A stretch of DNA of 63,904 nt, the filler included, from Octopus bimaculoides (taxonomy: Eukaryota), in assembly GCF_001194135.2 (NCBI RefSeq). It is 6 parts of 6 records of this genome, joined end to end, with 100 filler letters (N's around TTAATTAATTAA, not from the genome) between each part and the next. Parts side by side here need not be neighbours in the genome. Positions count along the whole stretch, not along the records: positions 1 to 23,585 come from NC_068986.1; positions 23,686 to 39,267 come from NC_068989.1; 4 more parts are not named here. One strand, written 5' to 3'. The notes beneath the pieces are model-generated. The model searched no databases and was not told where the DNA came from. It saw only the letters and a program-made list of their open reading frames with translations. This document shows positions 12,503 to 24,324 of the stretch, one piece after another. Position 1 is the first letter of the stretch, and each line of letters opens with the position of its first letter. Made by a program: the position numbers and the translations under genes.

Positions 12503-12973
12503 GTATTTCAGGGTGACCTCAGATGTATCAGGAAAGTTTCCGCTTCAGTGATGGTAGCGATGACATCAATAATGTAAACAAAATACAACCCCAATTGTAG
12601 TCAAAATACGATAATACATGTAAACGAGGCTATGTGAGAATTAAACAGGCAGAATTCGCAGTTAGACAATGGAAATGTTATAAAAGATAAGTGTTTGAAA
12701 TTACTTTAATCGTAAAAAAAAAAAACGATATAAACAGTACGTTTAGCAACGAAAATAGTGCCAACATCAATAAAAACAACAATTTTTGCGAGCGTTGCCG
12801 ATCACTGAGAGCGCTGTGGCATGAGCCAATTAAAGGGAAATGAGAAAGCACAGACAAAGTATGTCAGGAAAACAGCGTCGCTTTTCTCGAAAAATATACT
12901 CAGAGAAGGACGGTAGGGAGACGAAATATCATTGCTTTTTAATTTTTATTTTTTAAACAATGGGGACATTTAC

Positions 12974-13214
12974 CATATGCCATCCAACGAGCAGTTGAAG
13001 AGGATTTTGGCCATATGTAGTGAAACGTATTCGCCTTCAATACATTGTGCTTAGTGTTGAAACCCAAGAAGGCAGTCATAGCCTGTACGCTATACGCATA
13101 TCCACACTCTGGTTTCGCAGTACACGAGAAAGAGATTATTAGTAAAGACGTTAATCCTTGGTTTATCGTTACCGTTTTGGTACAGCTCCGATGAGTGGCA
13201 ACAGCGGAGGTGAC
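12974..13214 (-). pseudogene. Exon-like segment, FReD-like N-terminal part, with two in-frame stops
   Basis: Acceptor aactatttcag| and donor ATG|gtaaat. The phase-1 frame reads HLRCCHSSELYQNGNDKPRINVFTNNLFLVYCETRVWICV*RTGYDCLLGFQH*AQCIEG, comparable to the FReD pattern C-x-ELY-x-NG...F-x-VYC...W-x-x-IQRR...F-x-x-x-W-x-EY-x-x-G. Confidence 0.4.
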
Positions 13215-14879
13215 CTGAAATAGTTGTGTTCGACAGCCAAGACACAGTCGTGTCTGATTATTCTTGATGATCCAGGGTTATCTTGGAGTTATACATCACA
13301 TTGAGGGGAACGGACAGATCAATTAGACTAGTGGTGCTGAGGTTAGGTAGAAGGCTCAGTTATTATTCGTGTGGTAGTGAAACCCATTTGAGGGACATCT
13401 ATACAGAAAATAAAGAAAATCAGAGGAAAATCTAAAGAAAAAGGAAAATGGTTGACAACAGCAGGCTTCTAAAATAAAATGCCATGGTCACAGCTGCTGC
13501 TAATGTTGTGTTCAGACCATTACTGGTCACAGTTCCGAGAATAAACACAGTGGTATTAAGGGAAAACAGAATTCTCCTACAGTACAAGACCGGATAAAGT
13601 CCCTGAGCAGCAATTCAGTTCCTATCGACTTGTGGTGAAAGGTGGAGATGGGCTCTGTTAATAACAAGACTATCTCAAAGTCTTCTCTTCCTAAAATTTG
13701 CGTTTATGGCTTCGTTGATTAGTAATTTATAACCATATGGGACTTACCACTATATCTTCTATTCTATTGAAAATGAGTTGCAATTTTTAGATGTTCATTT
13801 ATTTTATGCGCTATTATGGCAGTTAGATATTTATTGTGGGATTAGTTTATGAGCAGGTGTTCTCGTGCCGTCAGAACTTGTGCTCTCACCGCATCTGCAA
13901 TTCTAAAAAGAAATGCTTATCATAGCATATATTCTTCCTCTTCCTGTATAGATCTCCCTTAACGTATCGGTGAGGGCTAGCTCCGATTTTCCCTTCAGAG
14001 TAACAGGGAAAATCTTCTATGCCTTTAGCAAAGCATAAATTAGGTAATTTTTCTCCGTCGTGCTTGGGAATACCTTCGGGCAGAGAAGCACCGTTTTTTG
14101 CAGTGTGACGTTGCCATGCAATCATTCTTTTTAAATACTTTAAATCATTGGAAAACACGCAGGCAAAGCTTGAGACGAGACTACACTTGAAGCACTTTCG
14201 TTCGACAATGTGTAGATGTGAGTGTACAGATGTAGTTCTTGCTGTTGTTGTTGTTGTTGTTGTTGCTGCTGTTGCTGCTGCTGCTGTTGTTGTTGTTGTC
14301 GAGGTTATCAGTCATGTTCACAATGTTACTGCTTCCAATAGAATGATGCTTTTAATTTCCTTTCCTGCAATTAGAATGTCAGTTTTCTTAACGTTTTTCT
14401 TCTTTTTGTTTTTGTTTTTGTTTTTGTCTTTTACCGCTTTTTATTTTGTTTATGATTCGTCTTATTCTGTTCACTGTTATTTTTCTTGGGGTGGTTTCCT
14501 GGAATACAGGAGGCCATTATTTTTATTTGTAATTACACAATAAAAGGAAAATGATAAAACGATAACAGGAAAGTTATATGAAATAATGCCAACAGAGGGT
14601 TTTACTCTGTTACAGTTTAGTAGTTAAATTCGTTCAACTAATTCACTTTTCTGTGTTGGTGTTGCTGTTGTTGTTATATACCCAGTTTTTTTTTTTATAT
14701 TATTCCCTCGTATATTTCAATGCAAAGACAAAAAATAAATCAAAAGTTTCATGAATCCAGAACATCCTAGTTTGTATTATTACAGATGAAAGTAGAAAGA
14801 TTTGTTCTTTTACTGTGACTGAAATATCGTAAAGTTATCGGATCGAGCGTTGACAGGTTCACGGACTTCAACATACAAG

Positions 14880-14891
14880 ACGACAAGGACA

Positions 14892-14967
<76 letters not shown>

Positions 14968-15086
14968 CGACGACGACGACGATGATTATGATGATGATTA
15001 TGATGAACAACAATGACGATACCGAATATGACAACAGCAGCAATAATAATAATAATAATGATAATAATAATAATAATAATAATAAT
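14880..15086. repeat. (GAC)n/(GAT)n/(AAT)n microsatellite
   Basis: Direct inspection. Confidence 0.95.
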
Positions 15087-15237
15087 CATTTCAAATGTTG
15101 GCACAAGGCCATCACTTTAAGAGAACGGGTTTAGTCGGTTACATCGACCCCAGTGTTCGACTGGTACTTATTTTATCGATACCCTGAAAAGATGAGAGGC
15201 AAAGTCGACGTCAGCCGAATTTGAACTCAGAACGCAA
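15087..15237 (-). mobile_element. SINE-A, 5'-truncated
   Basis: Reverse-complement match to the SINE-A body and tail; (ATT)n tail on its sense strand. Confidence 0.85.
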
Positions 15238-15405
15238 ATACCATGAAGCATTCTGTCGAATGAAGAATCTGTACCCAAAGTTGACCCTTTAAAACAATTG
15301 TCATTACATTTAGCTATTCTCGAAAGTATTTTGCATTACACTTTAAATATGTTTAAAAAGTGAAACTAGTGAATGGATTTTAAACGGAATTGGGTGTCGG
15401 AATGT

Positions 15406-15458
<53 letters not shown>

Positions 15459-15897
15459 TGTGTGTGTTTATGTGTGCATGTGTGCGTGTGTGTGTGTGCA
15501 GACAAGTGTATACGGGTTAGTGCATGCATGCACAAATATCTTCACGTTCCTCCCTCTCTCCCTTTCTTTCTCTTTACCCACACACACGCATACATATACA
15601 AGCATATACATACATAATACATACAGACATGCATAAAGAGGGAGTAAAAATACGAGAATATACTAAACGTGTATGCGGATGTATGTCTGCTGCTCCAGCA
15701 TGGTCGGAGTCTTTGGGCTCAAAACGCATAAAAGAATTAAAAAATACATACATGCATATGTATGCATGTACGTATGTGTGTGTGTATGTATGTCTGTATG
15801 AGTAAATGCATATATATATATATACATATACACATATATACATATATATATCTATATGTTTGTAAGCACTTACATGCAACATACATACGCATAAAGA

Positions 15898-15915
15898 CTA
15901 GATAGATAGATAGAT

Positions 15916-15994
<79 letters not shown>
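15898..15994. repeat. (GATA)n microsatellite
   Basis: Direct inspection. Confidence 0.97.
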
Positions 15995-15995
<1 letters not shown>

Positions 15996-16335
15996 GCATC
16001 GATAAATACATGATCCAGATATACATTGGCATGCATATATACATACATATAAACATATATATACAACTAAATAATTTCCTCTATACACACTGACATACAT
16101 ACGCTACAGCAAGCACGACACGTACGAACATTTAAGCATGTATTTATGTGTGTAGCGAGGTCTATAAAAAACGTTCTTCTAATAACCGAAGAACATTACT
16201 TTCCTTTAAGATGTAACGATATCGCAGAGCGTACTTTGGTTATTGTTTTATTGCTTTATATTTACTAGCTTTTACTTTTTTCTCGCCTTTATATATTTCT
16301 CTATGTCCTTATATCAATATCAATATACATTACAA

Positions 16336-16419
<84 letters not shown>

Positions 16420-16574
16420 GTAACATGCATACATGCATACATGCATACATATATATGTGTATGTATATTCGCGTATTTGTTTATTGATTCGTTTTCTTTT
16501 TGAGTTTGGCTATTTTTTCTCCCTCTCATCGCTGTTGTATTTTTCGTTGCTTTTTATTTTATATATACACATAC

Positions 16575-16627
<53 letters not shown>

Positions 16628-17058
16628 NNNNNNNNNNNNNNNNNNNNNNNNNNNNNNNNNNNNNNNNNNNNNNNNNNNNNNNNNNNNNNNNNNNNNNNNN
16701 NNNNNNNNNNNNNNNNNNNNNNNNNNNNNNNNNNNNNNNNNNNNNNNNNNNNNNNNNNNNNNNNNNNNNNNNNNNNNNNNNNNNNNNNNNNNNNNNNNNN
16801 NNNNNNNNNNNNNNNNNNNNNNNNNNNNNNNNNNNNNNNNNNNNNNNNNNNNNNNNNNNNNNNNNNNNNNNNNNNNNNNNNNNNNNNNNNNNNNNNNNNN
16901 NNNNNNNNNNNNNNNNNNNNNNNNNNNNNNNNNNNNNNNNNNNNNNNNNNNNNNNNNNNNNNNNNNNNNNNNNNNNNNNNNNNNNNNNNNNNNNNNNNNN
17001 NNNNNNNNNNTATATATATACTTAAATGCACGTACATATACATTCATATACACACACG

Positions 17059-17103
<45 letters not shown>

Positions 17104-17753
17104 AAGGTTAGAAATAAACATATATATATATATATATATTTGTAAAGATTATAAATATAATACATATATAAATATATAAATGCATAAATATGTGTCAGTA
17201 TGTATACACACACATACACACATATGCATACACGTACACATACAGACCCAAATATATATGTCACATTTTCATTTAAAAACATGGCTGACTGCTATAACAA
17301 ATACACAGATGTGTCTATGAATAAATATATGTGTGTGTGTGTGTGTGTGTGTGTATACATGGATGCATATATACATACTTATACATACACACACATACAC
17401 ACATACAAACACACACTTACACGACAGCGCAATACAAACAACGATTTAGTTGTGGTCAGGGGCGGGGTGTATGTTGTAGGAAATGTAAAAAGAAACGAAT
17501 GCTCTATTTAAGCAATAATTTTCTACATATTTTGTCTACACTTGACATGTCCAGGGTCCTGAATATAATAACGAAATACTATAACCGTTGCTTGTGGATA
17601 AAGCTTCAAAAATAGAAATAAAAGATTACTTGAACGATTATTTATTTTTCTATCTCTTTCTTCGCTTCCTTCTTTCCCTCTCCCTCTCTTTCTTTTCTTG
17701 CCATTCGCCATTACCTTACATTAGTTTCTCATAATCATTATTGTTACTGAATA

Positions 17754-17968
17754 AGGCGGCGAGGTGGCAGAATCGTTAGTACGCCGGGCGAAATGCAGAG
17801 CTGCATTTCTCCCGTCTATATGTTCTGAGTTCAAACGCCGCCGAGGTCGACTTTGCCTTTCATCCTTTCGTGATCGATGAAATAACTACCAGTTCAGCAC
17901 TGGGGTCGATGTAATTGAGTAGTCCCTTCCTCCGAAAATTTCAAGCCTTGTGCCTTTAGTGGAAAGGA
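17754..17968 (+). mobile_element. SINE-A, full length
   Basis: AAGGCGGCGAGGTGGCAGAATCGTTAG...GAGTTCAAA...GCCTTGTGCCTTTAGTGGAAAGGATT. Confidence 0.92.
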
Positions 17969-17991
17969 TTTTTATTATTGTTGTTATTATT

Positions 17992-18157
17992 GAAGGTGGG
18001 AAACTGGCAGAATCGTTAGAACTCTAGACAAAATAATTAGCGGAATTTCGTCCGTCTTTACGTTCTCAGGTCGACTTTGCCTCTCGTCTAATCGAGGTCG
18101 ATGTAATCAGCTTGGACCCTCCCTGCAAATTTCAGGCTTAGTGCATATAGTAGAAAA
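17992..18157 (+). mobile_element. SINE-A with internal deletions
   Basis: GAAGGTGGGAAACTGGCAGAATCGTTAG...AATTTCAGGCTTAGTGCATATAGTAGAAAAG followed by (ATT)n. Confidence 0.85.
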
Positions 18158-18158
18158 G

Positions 18159-18216
<58 letters not shown>

Positions 18217-18217
<1 letters not shown>

Positions 18218-19745
18218 CACAGATTTCGTTGGAGCTCCTGGAGTCTAACATGCATAGCTGGCTTGCTTCCTGCAGCCAACGGTACCATTCTATCCATTCT
18301 CTGCAGCTATCTAATACTTTCCTGATTATTCTGGCCGTGCCGAGAAGGCAAACCTTTTGTAAAAGTTCTACGGGGCACTCTATTCCAATTTCCTTTATAT
18401 TCCTCTTGATGCCTTCTGATACTGTTCCCAAGGACCCAACATAGCCGGGCTTTTACTTATGACAAGAAGTATTGTTTTAGTCTTGAGGTTCCACATTTTG
18501 CCAATTTCTATTTCAAGATCTTTATACTTTTATTCAGTTTGTTGTATGTCTTGACAGATACATTTATGTCGATTGGGACAGTCATATCAATGAGGAGGCA
18601 TGATTTTTGTCTGAAGTCTTTCAATAAAATGTCTGGCCTATTCACATCTATCGTTCTGTCAGTTTGAACGATGAAGTTCCATGGGAGTGAGATGTGATCA
18701 CTTTCAACCACTGGAGGTGGTTTGTGTTCCCACCAATTTTTATCATCGGGCAGGTTCAGGATTTTGTAAATTACACAGTGAGTATATTGTGCTGCTCTAC
18801 CATGCCTGTTGAGATACTCTGTAGGCGCAAGAAGATTGCACATGGAGACAACATGATCAATAGTTTCATTTTGTTGTTTACATACACATGTTAGACTGCT
18901 GCCGTTCTTTAATATGTTGGTCTGGTAGTTCCTTGTAAGTGGGCATTGATTTTGGGCTGCTATGATAAACACTTCTGTTTCTGATTTTAAGCCAGAAGAC
19001 ACTAACCATTGATGGGTAAGGGCTTTGTCAACATCGGCACTATTAGCTCTCTTTGGGTATTTGCCATTGGGAGGTTTCTGTTGCCATTTATCAGTAAGAA
19101 TATCTAAGGCAGCAGTTTTAGCAGAGATTTTCATACACTTAGCTTTTTCTGTGCTTGTTTCCAGTATGTCTAATTCTGAAATTTGTTGTATTTGGAATTC
19201 ACTTATATATTCCTTTGCCTGTTTTGTTACTGAGTATGATGCTTTTTTGTTTTCATGCTTTAAGACAAGTTTTAACATCCAGTCATCAGAGTTTTTCAGG
19301 TAGGTGTTTAGGCCAATTGTGGTAACCTTCATTGTTAATTCCAGTTATAAAAGTTCACGACCATCCTCTTTTCTTGGCAGATAAAGTCGTTCTATACCTG
19401 CCTGAGGATGGTGTGTTCTATGCATTGTCAACAATTTTCGCATTTTTCTGTCAAAATTACATATTTCAGCAATTCACCAGTTAATGATATTGAAACTGTA
19501 AGTCACAACCGGTATGGCTAAAGTATTAATCGCTGCGATCCTGGTTCTTGCATTCAGCTCTGTCTTGAATATTGCCCTTACTCTGCGATAACATTCTCTT
19601 CTGATCCTTTCCCTCATCACTGAATGTTTGATTCCATCACTATCAAATACCCTTAGGTATTTGTAGCTCTCCGCTGGTTCCAACTCCTTTATGACATTCT
19701 GCTGGTCAAGATTAACGTTCGATGTTTCTATCATTTTACCTTTGA

Positions 19746-19746
<1 letters not shown>
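18217..19746 (-). mobile_element. 5'-truncated R4/Dong-like element (RT C-terminus, CCHC, RLE), probably chimeric
   Basis: SYKYLRV..RECYRRVRAIFKTELNA..AINTLAIPVVTYSF (RT end and thumb); HQWLVSSGLKSETEVFIIAAQ; CVC..ETIDHVVSMC; DRTIDVNRPDILL..LLIDMTVP; KYKDLEIEI; VGSLGTVS..LQKVCLLGTARIIRKVL. (TTA)n on both sides. Confidence 0.92.
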
Positions 19747-19799
<53 letters not shown>

Positions 19800-19803
19800 C
19801 ATT

Positions 19804-19892
<89 letters not shown>
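19745..19892. repeat. (TTA)n/(TTG)n microsatellite
   Basis: Direct inspection. Confidence 0.97.
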
Positions 19893-19893
<1 letters not shown>

Positions 19894-20232
19894 TAAGGTC
19901 AGACAAATTGTCATTTCATAATTTTCCGGCTTTTTATGTATGGATCAAATTCCGCTGAATTTAACATCGCCTTTTGCCCCTACAGGGTCCATAGAATATA
20001 GTACTCGTCAAATATGGGAGGCAATCTGTTCGAGCAACCCTTCCCTAAAACGTTGTTCACCTTTTGCCCAAATTAACGACCATTATTATTTCATATCTTT
20101 TGTAATATCTATATTGGTGCTGATTTCAATGTTAACCCCACCTTTTTTATGTTATGTCATTTTATATTTTGTTACCCTTGCAGGCAATAAAAGAAATCAT
20201 CATCTTATTATCAGCAGTAGGAGTGATAACAA

Positions 20233-20291
<59 letters not shown>

Positions 20292-20324
20292 AAATCATAA
20301 TCATCATCATCATCATCATTATAG

Positions 20325-20545
20325 GAGGTGCAAAGCTGACAGAATCGTTAGCACGACGACATAATGCTGAGCAACGTTTCGTCTGTCTTTACGTTCTGAG
20401 TTCAAACTCCACTGAGGTCGACTTTGCTTTTCATCCTTTCGGGGTCAACAAAATTAGTATTAGTTGAGCGTTTAGAACGATGTAATCAATCAGCATTCTC
20501 ACCTCACCCTTCACACCAAATTTCAGATTTTGTGTCTGTATTAGA
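20325..20545 (+). mobile_element. SINE-A
   Basis: AAAGCTGACAGAATCGTTAGCAC...GTTCTGAGTTCAAACTCC...GGTCGACTTTGC...AAATTTCAG..AGAAAGAATT. Confidence 0.88.
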
Positions 20546-20810
20546 AAGAATTATAAAAAGCGGTGAACNNNNNNNNNNNNNNNNNNNNNNNNNNNNNNNN
20601 NNNNNNNNNNNNNNNNNNNNNNNNNNNNNNNNNNNNNNNNNNNNNNNNNNNNNNNNNNNNNNNNNNNNNNNNNNNNNNNNNNNNNNNNNNNNNNNNNNNN
20701 NNNNNNNNNNNNNNNNNNNNNNNNNNNNNNNNNNNNNNNNNNNNNNNNNNNNNNNNNNNNNNNNNNNNNNNNNNNNNNNNNNNNNNNNNNNNNNNNNNNN
20801 NNNNNNNNNN

Positions 20811-20923
20811 NAAGGATGAAAGGCAAAGTCGACGTCGGCGGAATTTGAACTCTCAACGTAAAGACGGACGAAATACCACTAAGTATTTCGCCCGGCGTGC
20901 TAACGTTTCTGCCAGCTCGCCGC
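20811..20923 (-). mobile_element. SINE-A 5' half (3' end lost in N gap)
   Basis: Reverse complement of AGGCGGCGAGCTGGCAGAAACGTTAGCACGCCGGGCG...GTCGACTTTGCCTTTCATCCTT. Confidence 0.92.
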
Positions 20924-20956
20924 CTATTGGAAACCATTATCATTAGCATTATTATT

Positions 20957-21170
20957 AAGGCGGCAAACTGGCAGAATGGTTAGCACGCCGGGTGAAATGC
21001 TTAGCGGTATTTCGTCTGCCGCTATGCTCTGAGTTCAATTCCGCCGAGGTCGACTTTGCCTTTCATCCTTTCGGGGTCGATAAATTAAGTACCAGCTGCG
21101 TACTGGGGTCGATGTAATCGATTCATCCCCTTCCCCAAAATTGCAGCCATTGTGGTAAAATTTGAAACCA
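20957..21170 (+). mobile_element. SINE-A, full length
   Basis: Complete head, body and tail ...TTGCAGCCATTGTGGTAAAATTTGAAACC followed by (ATT)n. Confidence 0.93.
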
Positions 21171-21221
21171 TTATTATTATAAATGTTGTTGTTGTTGTTG
21201 CTGTACTGTTGTTGTTACTGC

Positions 21222-21395
21222 CGAGCAAAATGTTTAGCGGCATTTCATCCGTCTTCACGTTCTAAGTTCACATTCCGCCAAGATCGACTTTGCCTTTCAT
21301 CTTTTAGAGGTCGATAAAATAAGCCTCAGTTCAGCATATTATTATCACAGATTCCCTCTCCCGAAATTCTTAGCCTTGAGCCAAAATTTGAAATC
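21222..21395 (+). mobile_element. SINE-A, 5'-truncated
   Basis: AAATGTTTAGCGGCATTTCATCCG...GATCGACTTTGCC...GCCTTGAGCCAAAATTTGAAATC. Confidence 0.85.
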
Positions 21396-21402
21396 ATTGT
21401 TG

Positions 21403-21442
<40 letters not shown>

Positions 21443-21446
<4 letters not shown>

Positions 21447-21600
21447 TAGTTTTATTTTTATAACGTGCTTTCACTTCACTACCGAGCGCAGCTCTGTGTA
21501 CCTTGGGTAGGTGCTGTGGTTTGCTGTGATACTCTTATGGTTACTGTAATGAAAGTGATTTGCGTAGGTCGTGTGCAGTGCCTAGTAGTGCAATTTTCTG
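21443..21600 (-). mobile_element. 3' terminus (about 158 bp) of R4/Dong-like family 1
   Basis: Encodes KIALLGTAHDLRKSLSLQ* plus the same 3' UTR as 39004-39267; ends in (TAA)n on its sense strand. Confidence 0.88.
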
Positions 21601-21666
21601 CCACCATTTTTGTTGTTGTTGTTGCTCTTCTTCTTCTTCTTCTTATTATTATTATTATTATTATTA

Positions 21667-21880
21667 AAGCAGCAAGCTGGCACAATCGTTAGGACGCCGG
21701 ACGAAATGCTTAGCCGTATTTCGTCCATTTTCACGTGCTCTGTTCAAATTCCGCCGAGGTCGACTTTATCTTTCATCATTTCGAAGTCGACGAATCGAGT
21801 ACCAGTTTGAACACTGGGGTTGATTAAATCGACTCATCCCCTTCCCTTAAAATTGCTGCCCTTGTGGCAAAATTTGAAAC

Positions 21881-21881
<1 letters not shown>
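21667..21881 (+). mobile_element. SINE-A, full length
   Basis: Head, body and tail AAATTGCTGCCCTTGTGGCAAAATTTGAAACC followed by (ATT)n. Confidence 0.92.
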
Positions 21882-21973
<92 letters not shown>

Positions 21974-21974
<1 letters not shown>

Positions 21975-22039
21975 GAGCTGGCAGAATCATTAGCGGCATT
22001 TCGTCTGCCGTTACGTTCTGAGTTCAAATTCCGCCGAGG
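21974..22039 (+). mobile_element. SINE-A head running into an N gap
   Basis: GAGCTGGCAGAATCATTAGCGGCATTTCGTCTGCCGTTACGTTCTGAGTTCAAATTCCGCCGAGG. Confidence 0.85.
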
Positions 22040-22612
22040 NNNNNNNNNNNNNNNNNNNNNNNNNNNNNNNNNNNNNNNNNNNNNNNNNNNNNNNNNNNNN
22101 NNNNNNNNNNNNNNNNNNNNNNNNNNNNNNNNNNNNNNNNNNNNNNNNNNNNNNNNNNNNNNNNNNNNNNNNNNNNNNNNNNNNNNNNNNNNNNNNNNNN
22201 NNNNNNNNNNNNNNNNNNNNNNNNNNNNNNNNNNNNNNNNNNNNNNNNNNNNNNNNNNNNNNNNNNNNNNNNNNNNNNNNNNNNNNNNNNNNNNNNNNNN
22301 NNNNNNNNNNNNNNNNNNNNNNNNNNNNNNNNNNNNNNNNNNNNNNNNNNNNNNNNNNNNNNNNNNNNNNNNNNNNNNNNNNNNNNNNNNNNNNNNNNNN
22401 NNNNNNNNNNNNNNNNNNNNNNNNNNNNNNNNNNNNNNNNNNNNNNNNNNNNNNNNNNNNNNNNNNNNNNNNNNNNNNNNNNNNNNNNNNNNNNNNNNNN
22501 NNNNNNNNNNNNNNNNNNNNNNNNNNNNNNNNNNNNNNNNNNNNNNNNNNNNNNNNNNNNNNNNNNNNNNNNNNNNNNNNNNNNNNNNNNNNNNNNNNNN
22601 NNNNNNNNNNNN

Positions 22613-22650
<38 letters not shown>

Positions 22651-22699
22651 GTTGTTATTATTATTATTATTATTATTGTTATTATTATTATTATTCAAA

Positions 22700-22810
22700 C
22701 TGATGTTGTTTTATTGCTTACACGTTTTTTTTTATGTAAATCTCCCCCTGTCTTTTGTCTTTGTGCTGTTCTAAACGTTTCCGCAGCCCTTGCGGCCAAT
22801 AGGGAAAAAA
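22700..22810 (+). mobile_element. 3' end fragment of a Tx1-type LINE
   Basis: TTTTATGTAAATCTCCCCCTGTC..GCAGCCCTTGCGGCCAATAGGG followed by an A-run; collinear with the 3' UTR of the 24325-27560 element and with 33390-33712. Confidence 0.55.
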
Positions 22811-23262
22811 ATCAGTGTTACTGTTATTGTTGTTAGTAGTTTCTTTTTTTTTTTTTCCTTTTTTTTTTTCGAAGTTTTGTTATTAGTATCATTCATAGTA
22901 TTTATTCATATTTAGTCAATGATGCCATCATGAGTCTCCTCGCCTTTATCATCCTCATCATTATCATCGACATCATCACAGTCTCATCTTTTGCATAGTT
23001 TTCTTTCTTGGCCGGTATATAATTTTTTTTTTTGTTGTTATTTTTTCATTGATACTTTTACCTTTTTCTTTACATTTAACATTTATTTTTCGTAATCGAT
23101 TCTACGCAAAACAGCCACCATTTTTGTTCTTTTATTTTGTCATTGTAATAACCCCCGTCATTTGTCGTCCTTGTAGCAAATAAAACTAATCATCGTCATT
23201 ATCAGCATCAACGTAACCATCTTCTTCAACATTATCATCATTGTCGTCACCGTCGCTGTTAC

Positions 23263-23331
<69 letters not shown>

Positions 23332-23553
23332 TCCTACTACTACTACTACTCATATTATTATTATTATCATTATTGTTATCATTGGCGCTATTTTTCTTCT
23401 CCGTCTTTCTTCTACTACGGTTATTGTTCAAGAACGATTATTATATGTAAGCCAGTGATCTCTGTAATAGATATTGGGCGATTTGATCTGATCCTATCCC
23501 CACCCTATAAGAAGACTCTCGTTGATATATATGCTACACACGCATCTATCGAC

Positions 23554-23585
<32 letters not shown>

Positions 23586-23629
23586 NNNNNNNNNNNNNNN
23601 NNNNNNNNNNNNNNNNNNNNNNNNNNNNN

Positions 23630-23641
23630 TTAATTAATTAA
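23630..23641. other. Artificial scaffold linker (44 N + TTAATTAATTAA + 44 N)
   Basis: The same 100-bp six-frame-stop spacer recurs at 39312, 47258, 52600 and 62768. Confidence 0.95.
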
Positions 23642-23795
23642 NNNNNNNNNNNNNNNNNNNNNNNNNNNNNNNNNNNNNNNNNNNNTGACTATTATTATTA
23701 TTATTATTATTATCATTCTATGTTTGACTTTTGCTTTGCATTTGTACAAGTTGGATCCAAGTCTCACCCATAGACCTCAAGAGGCAACAAGTTAA

Positions 23796-23859
<64 letters not shown>

Positions 23860-23863
23860 GAAA

Positions 23864-24078
23864 AGGCGGCGAGTTGGCAGAATCATTAGCACGCTGGGCA
23901 AAATACTTAGCAGTATTTCGTCCGTCCTTATGCTTCGAGTTCAAATTCTGCCGAAGTTGATTTTGTCTTTCATCCTTTCGTGGTCGATAAAACAAGTACC
24001 AGTCAAATACTGAGGTCGATGAAATCGACTAGTCCCTTCCTCTAAAAACAATTTCAGGCCTTGTGCCTATAATAGAAA
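23864..24078 (+). mobile_element. SINE-A, full length
   Basis: AAGGCGGCGAGTTGGCAGAATCATTAGC...TTTCAGGCCTTGTGCCTATAATAGAAAG; preceded by (TTA)n. Confidence 0.92.
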
Positions 24079-24324
24079 GAATTATTATATATTACTGAAT
24101 TTAAGGCGCATCTGCACCTCTCTCTCTCTTTAGGACATGGTGTGATTTAAGGGCAAGTCGCTTGCTATTTCTACGAAGCGTACTCGTAGAAACCTCCTTG
24201 CAGGTCGTGTATGATGTTATTATCGTTTAACCTCGAGTCAGCCTTGATCCAGAAGATTTATGATCGAATTCTAAATTTTATTTTTATTTTTTGTAACAGT
24301 GTATCCTAACTCACATTATTTAAA

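Noticed and set aside
13886-14158. 90-aa minus-strand ORF
   Set aside because: No recognisable domain; only its terminal splice donor was used in the FReD-like hypothesis.
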